Shown in pieces: positions 1 to 9,448 of a stretch of 64,000 bases of DNA. The position numbers and the translations under genes were made by a program. How positions within the stretch are numbered: position 1 is the first letter of the stretch; each line of letters begins with the position of its first letter. Origin of the DNA: a virus; IMG/VR virus record IMGVR_UViG_3300031857_000027; one strand, written 5' to 3'. The notes under the pieces were generated by a model that did no database searches, was not told where the DNA came from, and saw only the letters and a program-made list of their open reading frames with translations.

Positions 1-266
1 GCTGTGTGTGCTTGGCCTTTTGTGTCACCAATGTATAGAATATTGCTTTCATTCCAACCAAGTGGTTTGATTGCTTCAACAAGTTGATCTTTGAAATAAA
101 TGTCTCTTTTATTGGCCACAAGAATCAGTTGTGTAACCCAACCAAGATTCTTCAAAATATCATATATGATTGTCTTGTCATTCCAAGGCAAAAGATATTT
201 TGGTATGTCAAAGCCAACATCATGAAAACGGGTGTTATATCCCGCCATACAGATTATGAGATTCAT
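1..266 (-). CDS. Sugar-phosphate nucleotidyltransferase (NTP_transferase family), 3'-truncated by the window edge; not in the ORF track
   Basis: Manual translation from the ATG at 266 (ATGA overlap with the upstream stop) gives MNLIICMAGYNTRFHDVGFDIPKYLLPWNDKTII...GDTKGQAHT, matching the AGxxxRF...PKxL nucleotidyltransferase signature. Confidence 0.8.
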   Translation of the reverse strand, partial: MNLIICMAGYNTRFHDVGFDIPKYLLPWNDKTIIYDILKNLGWVTQLILVANKRDIYFKDQLVEAIKPLGWNESNILYIGDTKGQAHT

Positions 267-976
267 TTCAACCATTCTTCCATATCATTTCGTAACAGTG
301 AATGCCATGTGCCATTATACTCACCAGGTGAGAATGGATGATTGACATCACAGTATACTAGATTTTCACCAACAAGACCGTATCGTTTCCAGTTGGCACT
401 CATAAAGTCTTCCATCATGAACTGCACACCATTATTGTAGAATTCATCATAGTGTTGATATGCATATGAATACTTGTCCATGTTTTCTGAGGATGAAAAC
501 GCAAACTGATCATTACCAAAATCACGATTAGGTGACATACGACAGTTTGGAATGTATAGTTTGTTCGGATTCAATGTGTCAAAAGGAATACGAGCATTAA
601 TTGCAAAATCAAACCGTGAACGAACAACCCAATCAAACTTCATGTTGTGATATTCTTCATACTCACGCTTTGTACGCATACATTCGTAAATTGCAAACAT
701 CTGCGCCCATGTTGACATGCGACCATCTTTAACTTTCCAGTTTGGTGATGGTGGCGGTGTGTTTGTGTATTTTGATAAATCAATTGTGGGATTTGGTGAT
801 GTGATGAAACTATGTGCATTATATTTCTCTGAAATATTTTGCATTTCTTCTGCTGGCATTTCCCACGAATGCAGAAACACAGTTACATCGTTGTTTTTGA
901 TAATGTTTAGATTGTGATACTCAAAGCCTTTTTCCCACATTCTTGGTTGGCCAGAGATACAGAGTGCTATCTTCAT
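263..976 (-). CDS. Putative glycosyltransferase-like / polysaccharide-associated protein
   Basis: MKIALCISGQPR start, FxHxW, RxRFD and NDQFA motifs typical of an uncharacterised GT-like family found in glycan loci; glycan-gene neighbours. Confidence 0.55.
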   Translation of the reverse strand: MKIALCISGQPRMWEKGFEYHNLNIIKNNDVTVFLHSWEMPAEEMQNISEKYNAHSFITSPNPTIDLSKYTNTPPPSPNWKVKDGRMSTWAQMFAIYECMRTKREYEEYHNMKFDWVVRSRFDFAINARIPFDTLNPNKLYIPNCRMSPNRDFGNDQFAFSSSENMDKYSYAYQHYDEFYNNGVQFMMEDFMSANWKRYGLVGENLVYCDVNHPFSPGEYNGTWHSLLRNDMEEWLK

Positions 977-1653
977 AGGTCACGCCCCACATTTGCTTTG
1001 TTGTCTGTAATGCCGAATGTCTTCAGTTGTTCTTTTTCCATCACGACCATGCTGTTATAGAATGATACAGAATAAAGATTGTTATACACCGCAAGTGCTT
1101 CATCAGAAATTGGTGAGCCTTGAAAGTGTTGTTGATTCACAATATCTGTCACACGCTTACAGTGTTCAGTAAATGTGCCAGCACCACGGAATACACCACC
1201 CCATGGCTGTGGCCAATAACTTGTGTGAGTGTCTTCACAAATATAAACACCACCCTCTTTGATGTGTGTAAATACACTGTTCAATGTAGTGATTTGATGA
1301 TTCATTACATGAGAGCCGTCATCAATCACAATATCAAAATTGTTTTGTGTTTTCAAGAATTCTGACCAGAAGGCAGCGTCACCTTGGTCACCCATCACAA
1401 CTTTAACATCACCGTTGTATTCATATTTCAAACACTCTTCATTGATATCAACTGCCACAACTGAAGTATCAGGACCAAAATACTTTAGCCACATTTCAAT
1501 TGAACCACCACCAAGCACACCGATTTCTAAGATGCGTGGTGCTTTACCTACAAACTTCTTTAGGTGTCTTTCATAAACATCAAAGTAACCTGACCATTTT
1601 GTAGATGGCTTTTCTAAGTCCCAAAATAATTCTTTAATTCTATTTGTCGTCAT
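973..1653 (-). CDS. Class I SAM-dependent methyltransferase, sugar O-methyltransferase-like
   Basis: ILEIGVLGGGS motif I, VDIN, FDIVIDDGSH, GGVYICED; start taken at MTTNRIK (1653). Confidence 0.8.
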   Translation of the reverse strand: MTTNRIKELFWDLEKPSTKWSGYFDVYERHLKKFVGKAPRILEIGVLGGGSIEMWLKYFGPDTSVVAVDINEECLKYEYNGDVKVVMGDQGDAAFWSEFLKTQNNFDIVIDDGSHVMNHQITTLNSVFTHIKEGGVYICEDTHTSYWPQPWGGVFRGAGTFTEHCKRVTDIVNQQHFQGSPISDEALAVYNNLYSVSFYNSMVVMEKEQLKTFGITDNKANVGRDL

Positions 1654-2482
1654 ATTTTGCCTCAATCACTTTCTTCCATTCTGGCACACGATCATACTGA
1701 TGTACAATAGTATACTCTATTCCTGTTGAAGTTACAACCTTGTCACCTTCTAATTTCGGTGATGGTTCTAAAAGATGTGGTCTGAATTGATCAATCTTAC
1801 TTGGATCGGCAGTTGTGCCAAGTTGACATGCCCAACCATATTCTGACTGAGTGTACATTGACGAATCAATATATGGGTGTCTTGAAATCATTACATTGAA
1901 TACTGCTTGATCAACGATTGGTATTGGTCTGTTGATGCAGTTTAGAAACAACTGCAAAGTCAAATCCCTCATTGCATAACCACGACCAGCAAGAACACCG
2001 ACATTAAAGATCGTGTTGTTCTTAAAATCTTCGTAGATGCCTTGACCATAACACTGTGTTAGATTCTCACGACCCCATGGCTCATCTTTATATTTCATGC
2101 TTTCGGAAGAAAATACCAAATCTTCTTGTTTGGATAGATTTTCTTCTAACCATGTAACAGGGTTCTTTTGAAAGATAACATCTCGTACATCTGTGGTAAT
2201 TACATAACGATAGTCATTATCTTTGAGCAGTTTGTAAATGTGAATGAAACGCTCAACATGCACCATCAGTTGAGACTGATAAGTTAGATTGCCGTCTTTG
2301 TCTTGATTGAACGCTATGATTGAGAAGCCTGCGTCAGTTACCTTCTGTGCAGTTTCTTTATCGCAGTTCATGAGAATCAGAACTTTATCACCCTCAAAGC
2401 CTGATTCATTGATGGAATTAATCCAATATTTTAATTTTGCCCAGTCATAATTTGTTGAGCATCCCACGATCACATCTTTCAT
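1640..2482 (-). CDS. Putative GT-A fold glycosyltransferase
   Basis: ERF..Y, TDVRDVIFQKNP acidic motif, NVGVLAG, DQAVFN, IVHQYDR. Confidence 0.6.
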   Translation of the reverse strand: MKDVIVGCSTNYDWAKLKYWINSINESGFEGDKVLILMNCDKETAQKVTDAGFSIIAFNQDKDGNLTYQSQLMVHVERFIHIYKLLKDNDYRYVITTDVRDVIFQKNPVTWLEENLSKQEDLVFSSESMKYKDEPWGRENLTQCYGQGIYEDFKNNTIFNVGVLAGRGYAMRDLTLQLFLNCINRPIPIVDQAVFNVMISRHPYIDSSMYTQSEYGWACQLGTTADPSKIDQFRPHLLEPSPKLEGDKVVTSTGIEYTIVHQYDRVPEWKKVIEAKYDDK

Positions 2483-2497
2483 AATATCTCCAGTGAT

Positions 2498-2683
2498 TTA
2501 TTTTATGTCAGTTTCTTTCCAACTTCCTGTAAACTTTTTATATTGTTGTGTGCTTTGACCAGGAGTGTCATCAAGATATTTAGCAGTGAGTTCAGGTCTT
2601 CCCCACTCACCTCCGCCGGCCTTAGATACAAACTCTTGTCTGCTGTCTTTGTTTGCCTTTAAATAATCTTTGAATGTTTTCAT
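2498..2683 (-). CDS. Small hypothetical protein, possible internal head protein
   Basis: Start MKTFKDYLK at 2683 (ATGA overlap with the erpA stop); N-terminus resembles the T4 capsid-targeting sequence. Confidence 0.55.
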   Translation of the reverse strand: MKTFKDYLKANKDSRQEFVSKAGGGEWGRPELTAKYLDDTPGQSTQQYKKFTGSWKETDIK

Positions 2684-3003
2684 ATCGTGAATGAAGAACC
2701 GCAACCACACGTTGCAGTTACGTTTGGATTTTTGATTGTAAATGAAGCACCCATCATATCTTCTTTATAATCAATCACCGCTTCATTCATGTATTGCATA
2801 CTCATACTATCTATAACAACTCCAATACCATCTCTTTCAAATGTAAAGTCATCATCTGCTGCCGGCAATTCTTCTATTGAGAAGCCATATTGGAAACCAG
2901 AACAACCACCACCCTGAACGAACACACGTAGTTTGAGTGAAGGGTCTTCTTCAGCAATGATAGATTTAATTTTCTTTACAGCAGTGTCAGATATTGTAAC
3001 CAT
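2680..3003 (-). CDS. erpA: Iron-sulfur cluster insertion protein ErpA (A-type carrier, HesB/IscA family)
   Basis: LRVFVQGGGCSGFQYGF and C-terminal TCGCGSSF with all three conserved Cys. Confidence 0.92.
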   Translation of the reverse strand: MVTISDTAVKKIKSIIAEEDPSLKLRVFVQGGGCSGFQYGFSIEELPAADDDFTFERDGIGVVIDSMSMQYMNEAVIDYKEDMMGASFTIKNPNVTATCGCGSSFTI

Positions 3004-3275
3004 TATCCCCTCGTCAATTGCAATACTTTTTGCATTTGTTTCTCAATAATTGGACCACGATTTGGCCAATGAATGTATGGTTGACTTGCTGTCTTGTACA
3101 GATTTGTCAGAAATGGCATAATGATCTTTTCTACTTGCTGAAGTCTTGCTTTATACTCTTCAACAGTTTCATCTTTCTCCGCAATGACTGCTTGATATTC
3201 AACTTCATCAACTGTGCTGAAACCAAAATCATCATCACCATACTCTGCTAAAATTTTATTGATGTCGTAACTCAT
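3003..3275 (-). CDS. Hypothetical protein
   Basis: Coupled start/stop overlaps on both sides; DDFGFS...YIHWPNR; start taken at MSYDINK. Confidence 0.7.
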   Translation of the reverse strand: MSYDINKILAEYGDDDFGFSTVDEVEYQAVIAEKDETVEEYKARLQQVEKIIMPFLTNLYKTASQPYIHWPNRGPIIEKQMQKVLQLTRG

Positions 3276-4495
3276 TTGTCCCATGCCTTCTGTGCGTTAA
3301 AGTTTTGTCTGCTGAACTCAAGTCTATCTACCAGTTTCAATGCTTTACCAAGATGATCAACAGCAACGAAACCTTCTGGTGCAGTAATACGGAAGCCATC
3401 GTCAGTGCGAACAAATGTGCCAATGCTCTTGATAGTTTCCAACTTACGAATGATCATCAACTTAGCATCAACAATCAGATTCATTAGATCAAATATTTGT
3501 TTCAGTTGAATCGCATTTGAACGATAGAAACGCATCACTTCATTTTTCTCTTTGATGCGTTTTTGTTTTGTGTCTTCTTTCTTTGCTGCCAGAATTTCTT
3601 TGTTCAGTTTTGCTTCTACGTAGTTAATTAACTCTTGTGTATGAACTCTGGTGTCAGCAATCTTTTTGCCTTCACGAACTTTCGTGTTGTTGAATGTTTT
3701 GATCTGTGTAAGAAAAACATCCGATGCAGCAATACGATTCAATGTCAATGCAGGTATCGTGTTGAAAACTCTACCTGCGTTTGAAAGAATAGATGTGATT
3801 GCTGCTGTCTCTTCTTCAGTAAACGTGACAGAACCAGACGCATCAGTAAACGATGCATCACGAAACCAAACATCTTTTGTAGTCTTTAAATGACCAATAT
3901 CAATGTTGAATGATGCTTTCATTGTCTCTAATGTTTTACCGGAGTATGATGTGTGAAACACCACACCAATCTGTGCCGCTAACATTGTTTGTGCTAACTT
4001 TGATTTTACTGGCACAGCATATACGATTGTGTTTGGCTGAAAGATAATATATTCTTCACCCGCAATAGTTTCTTTTTTGATGTCGCCTTTGCTGAACATC
4101 ATGTCGCCTTGCAAAACACCTTTGATGCCCAACTTAGGCAAGAATGCCAATGCAAGTTTGAGTTTTTGATTTAAACCCTCACCAGGATGATTTTCGTCAA
4201 TGTCTTCATCAGTATAATTCAATTTTGCATTTTTTGCAAATACTGATTTCGTACCAACGAAAAATTTACCGTTTTCTGGATTTGTGCCAGCAAAGATAGC
4301 AGGCGCACCATCCCATTTTGTAGTCACATTTAATTTTGAGCCTGTGTGACCAGCAAGCATATTGCGTAAAGAACGGAGAAATTCTATTGCTTCACGTGCG
4401 CCCGATACACCGGCGTTTAATACATTATCTTCAAGATGTTCAAGGTGAACATTCTTGCCTTCTTTACTCTCTTTTATGTAATCCATGAATTTCAT
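3272..4495 (-). CDS. Conserved T4-like phage protein (DUF6267-like) with a ligase/nucleotidyltransferase-type KxDG motif
   Basis: KNVHLEHLED, TTKWDGAPAIFAG, LQGDMMF, PEGFVA and KLVDR resemble motifs I/III/IV/V of ATP-dependent ligases. Confidence 0.6.
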   Translation of the reverse strand: MKFMDYIKESKEGKNVHLEHLEDNVLNAGVSGAREAIEFLRSLRNMLAGHTGSKLNVTTKWDGAPAIFAGTNPENGKFFVGTKSVFAKNAKLNYTDEDIDENHPGEGLNQKLKLALAFLPKLGIKGVLQGDMMFSKGDIKKETIAGEEYIIFQPNTIVYAVPVKSKLAQTMLAAQIGVVFHTSYSGKTLETMKASFNIDIGHLKTTKDVWFRDASFTDASGSVTFTEEETAAITSILSNAGRVFNTIPALTLNRIAASDVFLTQIKTFNNTKVREGKKIADTRVHTQELINYVEAKLNKEILAAKKEDTKQKRIKEKNEVMRFYRSNAIQLKQIFDLMNLIVDAKLMIIRKLETIKSIGTFVRTDDGFRITAPEGFVAVDHLGKALKLVDRLEFSRQNFNAQKAWDK

Positions 4496-5232
4496 TTTGA
4501 CATGCTTAGAAATGGGTTTTGTTTTTTTGTACCTGGTGCCACGGAAAATTTACTGTCTGGCATTTTCTTAATTTTTATTTCGGCTTGCACTTCATAAAAT
4601 TCTGAACGTGTAGATACACGAACTTTGAAATCACCTGAGCCACTTAGAGCAGGAATACCTTTTATTTTAAGTGGATTCTTTTTTGATACCATATAAAAAT
4701 CATCACCCGCCTGCATATAGTATGCTGGTTTTGCTTTACCAATTGTATAATGCTCTGTTACGACATCACCGAGATTGTAATTTTCTTCATTAGCAATGTA
4801 GCGATTAATGCTTGGTTGACTAAAATATGCTTTCATAACACTCAATGGCACAGCACCTTCTTCTTTTAGACCACCTTTATTCGTAGGTATTTTTATTACT
4901 TTTTCAGGTATACCAGAAAACTTTGCAATGTCTTTAATGAATTTTTTTGCCTGTGCGGATTTATTGAGGATGTCTACAGTGTGTTTTGCAGCGGGTGTTG
5001 TATAGGTGGTATGCCATTTACCTTTTTCGTAAAAAACACGTGGATTGGAAAGATTGTCTGTGTGTGACATTTTCACTTCTAACCATATGGCATTTTCACC
5101 TTTGAATTTATCAATCTCAATTTTAACATCCGAATACTCCGTACTAACTTTTGGCCTCAAGGCTTTGATACCTGGAATTTTGTTGATGTTCTTAGCGACA
5201 TCATTTTCAAACTTGTCGGAAGCAGCACTCAT
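4492..5232 (-). CDS. Putative PD-(D/E)XK-fold nuclease-like protein
   Basis: FENDVAK...YSDVKI...WLEVK arrangement; basic protein; directly downstream of a late promoter. Confidence 0.45.
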   Translation of the reverse strand: MSAASDKFENDVAKNINKIPGIKALRPKVSTEYSDVKIEIDKFKGENAIWLEVKMSHTDNLSNPRVFYEKGKWHTTYTTPAAKHTVDILNKSAQAKKFIKDIAKFSGIPEKVIKIPTNKGGLKEEGAVPLSVMKAYFSQPSINRYIANEENYNLGDVVTEHYTIGKAKPAYYMQAGDDFYMVSKKNPLKIKGIPALSGSGDFKVRVSTRSEFYEVQAEIKIKKMPDSKFSVAPGTKKQNPFLSMSK

Positions 5233-5259
5233 TAAACACCCTTTCAGTGGTTATTAGAG

Positions 5260-5267
5260 TATTTATA
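5260..5267 (-). promoter_or_regulatory. T4-type late (gp55) promoter TATAAATA
   Basis: Exact consensus on the minus strand, about 27 nt upstream of the 5232 start. Confidence 0.8.
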
Positions 5268-5270
5268 TTA

Positions 5271-5834
5271 TCACAGATAGTGTAGATATCCTCCAATAAT
5301 GTATTTGGTGTTGTCTACTGGCCGACTTGCAATGTGTGGATGTGTCCATAAAGGTGGAAATATGAGCAATTTACCTTCTCTAGGCTGAACTTTGATCTTA
5401 GGTGGCACGTTCTTATTCAACTGAAATACAGTTTCTCCACCCTCCATAACATCATTTAGATACCAGAAAAACACAAGAAATCTTCGTGCGGAATCATGAT
5501 TCTCTACATCTACATGAAACTGTATTTCATCTTTATCGTTAGGAAAGTACCGTTTCATCCTCAATTCTTCAAAACCATATTCTTCTGGCCAAGCCATATC
5601 ATCCACACCAACATCTTTCTTATAAACTTCAATATAGGTGTGTAGAGTAGACATAAGATAATCTATCTCTTTCTTCCACGTGCTTGAATTTTGATTCAAG
5701 TTGATTTCTGTAAATGAGCGATGACCGTCAAGCACGACATTCTCTTGTTGGTCAACATTTTTTTCAAATTTATCTATTGTATTACGACAAAGTATTGGTG
5801 GTAAAACATTATCATATGTTTTCACGTAACTCAT
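5271..5834 (-). CDS. 2OG-Fe(II) oxygenase (prolyl-4-hydroxylase-like)
   Basis: HVD...YLNDVMEGGET...IFPPLWTHPH...KY: HxD...H facial triad. Confidence 0.9.
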   Translation of the reverse strand: MSYVKTYDNVLPPILCRNTIDKFEKNVDQQENVVLDGHRSFTEINLNQNSSTWKKEIDYLMSTLHTYIEVYKKDVGVDDMAWPEEYGFEELRMKRYFPNDKDEIQFHVDVENHDSARRFLVFFWYLNDVMEGGETVFQLNKNVPPKIKVQPREGKLLIFPPLWTHPHIASRPVDNTKYIIGGYLHYL

Positions 5835-7237
5835 ACTTTGAATCCTCCAAACTTGTTCTTCATCCCAGACTGACGTTCACGGTCACCAAAACTGTTCAGA
5901 GGTTTGTCATCAACTTGTCCGGTATCTACCAAATCATCCTGTGCTGACTGTTCCACATCATACAGTTTCATCTTGGCTCTGTCAATACCCACTACAAACC
6001 GCTTGAAATAATTCGGATCATTGTAGCGATTCTTTAGTTGCTTAATTAGTATCTGATTCAATTGTTGCAACTCTTCGGTACTTATCAAGGCGAACATAAA
6101 GTCTGCGGTCGCTGGTAAGCCAAAGGACTCTGAAGTATCCTCAAGACCAGGATCGCTGGAGGTGAAGCCGGAACGGGTCGTTTGTGTAGCCGATACTATC
6201 GGCACTTCAAACTCAACCGCAAGACCCCTGAGTTCTTCCGCAATAGCCTTAATATAAGAATAACTATTTACGTTAGCACCAGGTTTGATTCTGGCACTTG
6301 CACAAATGTTAAGATAGTCAATGAAAATGATGTCAGGTTTGAAACTCTTTTTTAGTTGCAATTCATTTAACAAAGCACGGAAGTGTAGTGCTGAGGCTGC
6401 TGCTGTTGGATACTCTTTGATGATGAGTTTACCATGTGTTTTGACTTTCAATGCAGAGAACTTGCGGTCATAATCTTGTTTACTGATAGAGTTCAGGTCA
6501 GCAATATCAATGTTCAATAGATTGGCGTCAATACGTTCAGCAATTCGTTCTTCAGCCATTTCCATCGTGATATACAAAACATTCAGACCTTGTGCCAAAC
6601 AAGAACCTGCAACGTGACACATGAACAATGATTTACCAACACCCGTACCAGCAAGTGCAATGTTCAATGTTTTCTTTGGTAGACCACCTTTGGTAATCTT
6701 GTTGAACAAATCAAGGTCAAAAGGAATCTTTGTTTCATGACGATGATAGAAATCAAAACGATTATCTGAATCATCAATATAATCATGACCAACAGAGTTA
6801 TCAAATGATACACCAAGTGCATCAGATAACATCTTTGGTATCATACCTTTATCTTCTTTATTTTCCCTATCATCAAGAATCTTAACAGACTTCATGATGG
6901 CATTATAGATTGCTTTGTCTTGGCAAAACTTTTCAGTTTGCTTGATGAGCCAATCTACATCTGTAGGATCAGTTTTGTCTGCATTGATTTCACGAATCAT
7001 CTCAACGGCTTTTCTGACCTGTTCTTCGGTCAGTTTACGTGATTCTGTAAAATTGATGACAAGTGATTCGTAGGTTGGAAGATGTTTGAACTGATTTATG
7101 TGGTCGTTTATTTCCTCAAACAGATTTTTTTCTGTTGAGTCTGTGAAGTATTCAGTCTTTAAAAAAGGAATAATCTTTCTTGTATAGTCCTCATTAAATA
7201 TCAAATTCTTCAGGATCGTAGTCTCTAGGCGCTTCAT
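5831..7237 (-). CDS. 41: Replicative DNA helicase gp41
   Basis: Walker A AGTGVGKS, YITMEM, IDYLNI, SATQTTR, KNRY; T4 synteny. Confidence 0.97.
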   Translation of the reverse strand: MKRLETTILKNLIFNEDYTRKIIPFLKTEYFTDSTEKNLFEEINDHINQFKHLPTYESLVINFTESRKLTEEQVRKAVEMIREINADKTDPTDVDWLIKQTEKFCQDKAIYNAIMKSVKILDDRENKEDKGMIPKMLSDALGVSFDNSVGHDYIDDSDNRFDFYHRHETKIPFDLDLFNKITKGGLPKKTLNIALAGTGVGKSLFMCHVAGSCLAQGLNVLYITMEMAEERIAERIDANLLNIDIADLNSISKQDYDRKFSALKVKTHGKLIIKEYPTAAASALHFRALLNELQLKKSFKPDIIFIDYLNICASARIKPGANVNSYSYIKAIAEELRGLAVEFEVPIVSATQTTRSGFTSSDPGLEDTSESFGLPATADFMFALISTEELQQLNQILIKQLKNRYNDPNYFKRFVVGIDRAKMKLYDVEQSAQDDLVDTGQVDDKPLNSFGDRERQSGMKNKFGGFKV

Positions 7238-7505
7238 AATTCTTTGAGGTTAAAATTTCAGTTAATATGTCACCAATGAGTGTATGAAACTCGGTGTCCT
7301 GCGTTAAATCATCAATCGGTATTTGTGGTGAAGTGACTATTGTATAAGAAAAAGTCATCTTAGCATGGTCTTCTTCTTCAGATAGTCTAACTTTACCATA
7401 ATGATAAAGAACTCCCTGATACGGACCCTTTAGTATGCCAACACCAGTTTTAAATCCATCATCAGAATCAAGAAGTGTGAAATCTTCATTAATTTGTGGC
7501 TTCAT
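7194..7505 (-). CDS. Hypothetical protein in the T4 gp40 position
   Basis: Lies between uvsX and gp41; probable start MKPQINEDF overlapping the uvsX end. Confidence 0.6.
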   Translation of the reverse strand: MKPQINEDFTLLDSDDGFKTGVGILKGPYQGVLYHYGKVRLSEEEDHAKMTFSYTIVTSPQIPIDDLTQDTEFHTLIGDILTEILTSKNYEAPRDYDPEEFDI

Positions 7506-8550
7506 CTTCTTCTTCCAAAACGGCATCTTCTCCAAGAATGCTGCTATAAGTGATTTCATATTTTTTCCTTACATATTCTTTGAAACTTTCATTTGCAAGA
7601 ATATCTTTCCAGAACTCTTCATTTTGAGTATCAGCAAAACGTTTCTTCTCAAGAACTTCACCAGTTTCTTGATCTACTTTAGCGTACCAACCATTGCTTG
7701 GCTTAGTGACGAAATTACCTTCGAGTGCAATATCCAATAGGCCAGACCACTTGTTAATACCACCGTCAAAGGATACAGTAACAGGTATTTTGGATTTTTC
7801 TCTGACATATCTACTTTTTTCTACGTTGATAATGAAGTTATAGCCGACAATTTCTGTACCATCTTTGTCTTGTTGACGACCAAGAATCCAGATTGTGTCT
7901 GCTGAGTAATAAGAACCTGTGCCACCACCAACGATATCTTTAGGATACATACCAATCTCTTTGTATGTGTGATTGACAACAATCATTGGAATGTCTTTGA
8001 TTGTCAAATGTGGTGTGACCATACGAAACAAAGATTTCATCTGTTTTGCTCGGCTCATGTCAGCAACAGATTTACCTTCAATTGAATCTTCAACTTCTTT
8101 CTTTGAAGCCAAATTGCCAATCGAATCAAGCACAATAATCACTTTATCATCTTTTTCAATATTTTGCAACTGATTCATGATATCATGTTTCAATTGTTCA
8201 ACATCGGTAATTGGTGTGTGTAACACTCTTTCAGTATCAATACCGAATGCGTCAAAATAACTTTGTGGTGTGCCGAACTCAGAATCATAAAACAGAACAA
8301 CAGCGTCTTCATACTTCTTCATGTATGATTTTGCCATGAGTAAAGCAAATGCGGTTTTAAAATGTTTTGATGGACCAGCAAACATCGTTAGACCTGGTGT
8401 CAAACCACCATCTAAATTACCTGATAGTGCCACGTTAATGATAGGCACATCAGTTTGAATCATATCTTTATCGGTAAAAAACTTTGATTTAGAAAGCACC
8501 GATGTCTCTTTAATCGTTGATGCTTTTTTTAGTTTATCAAGTACGCTCAT
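7489..8550 (-). CDS. uvsX: RecA-like recombinase UvsX
   Basis: AGPSKHFKT, YDSEFG, DSIGNLASKKE, GGGTG. Confidence 0.97.
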   Translation of the reverse strand: MSVLDKLKKASTIKETSVLSKSKFFTDKDMIQTDVPIINVALSGNLDGGLTPGLTMFAGPSKHFKTAFALLMAKSYMKKYEDAVVLFYDSEFGTPQSYFDAFGIDTERVLHTPITDVEQLKHDIMNQLQNIEKDDKVIIVLDSIGNLASKKEVEDSIEGKSVADMSRAKQMKSLFRMVTPHLTIKDIPMIVVNHTYKEIGMYPKDIVGGGTGSYYSADTIWILGRQQDKDGTEIVGYNFIINVEKSRYVREKSKIPVTVSFDGGINKWSGLLDIALEGNFVTKPSNGWYAKVDQETGEVLEKKRFADTQNEEFWKDILANESFKEYVRKKYEITYSSILGEDAVLEEEDEATN

Positions 8551-9448
8551 TCATATCTCCAATATCTGCAATTTTGTCTTTTGGTATTACCGTGTGCTTA
8601 TCATCCACAAAGAATGATTCTAACGTGCGTGACGGTGTGCTGTCAAGTTTTTTCTTCTTTACTGCCTTTTTGATCGGTTCAATCTCACCTTTATCTTCTC
8701 TAATTCTGCGGTATGTTTGATTTGCTGCTATCAATAATAACACAGCAAGTGGGTCAAATACAATAATGATGATGAAGATAACCAATCGTACTGCTTTATC
8801 AATCAAGTCACGATCTTGTGTGCCATAAACTACTTCTGCCACATATTTTATAGGCCCCAAATCCGATTCAGCCTTTTTAACTTCCAAGGATAAAGGGAGC
8901 TTCTCTTCCGTGAGTAACTGTATTTCTTTTTGTAGCCTCTTAGTCTCAGCAATGATTCTCTCACGGTCTTTCTGTTGGGCTTTACGAATTTGGTTCGCCC
9001 GTTCAGCCCCCTTTTCATCTTTCGTTCTGCCCATAATTTGATCGACAGCCTCATCATACTGACTAAGGTTCTTGTTGTTCCTCTCAATTTGCGATTGAAT
9101 AACTTTGATCTTTTCATCATAGATTTCTACCTTTGCTGCTTGTGGTGCTATTGTGCTTGAATGTTCAATGTGTGCTTTTGAAAGATACCCAAAGATTCCC
9201 ATTGATGTAATACCCATCAACAGAACCACAGCAATGAGGAAGTAAAGTTTGAGTGCAGAGAATGTTGTTTTCCAATGATTGTATACCCACGACACAGTTA
9301 CCAGTTTTGCTGCTTCAAGCACAGAACCCATAATGATGATAGGCCAGTATGAACCTGGAAATATCTGTGCAAGACCAATCACCGAGTAATATGCAGCAAT
9401 ACCCGATAAAGCAAGAGCAGTCAAAAATGGTAATATTACATGTGTCAT
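8537..9448 (-). CDS. Membrane protein: 3 N-terminal TM helices, long coiled coil, 4th TM, basic tail
   Basis: Hydrophobic segments at about aa 4-30, 34-56, 64-89 and 222-243; heptad-rich middle region. Confidence 0.8.
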   Translation of the reverse strand: MTHVILPFLTALALSGIAAYYSVIGLAQIFPGSYWPIIIMGSVLEAAKLVTVSWVYNHWKTTFSALKLYFLIAVVLLMGITSMGIFGYLSKAHIEHSSTIAPQAAKVEIYDEKIKVIQSQIERNNKNLSQYDEAVDQIMGRTKDEKGAERANQIRKAQQKDRERIIAETKRLQKEIQLLTEEKLPLSLEVKKAESDLGPIKYVAEVVYGTQDRDLIDKAVRLVIFIIIIVFDPLAVLLLIAANQTYRRIREDKGEIEPIKKAVKKKKLDSTPSRTLESFFVDDKHTVIPKDKIADIGDMNERT

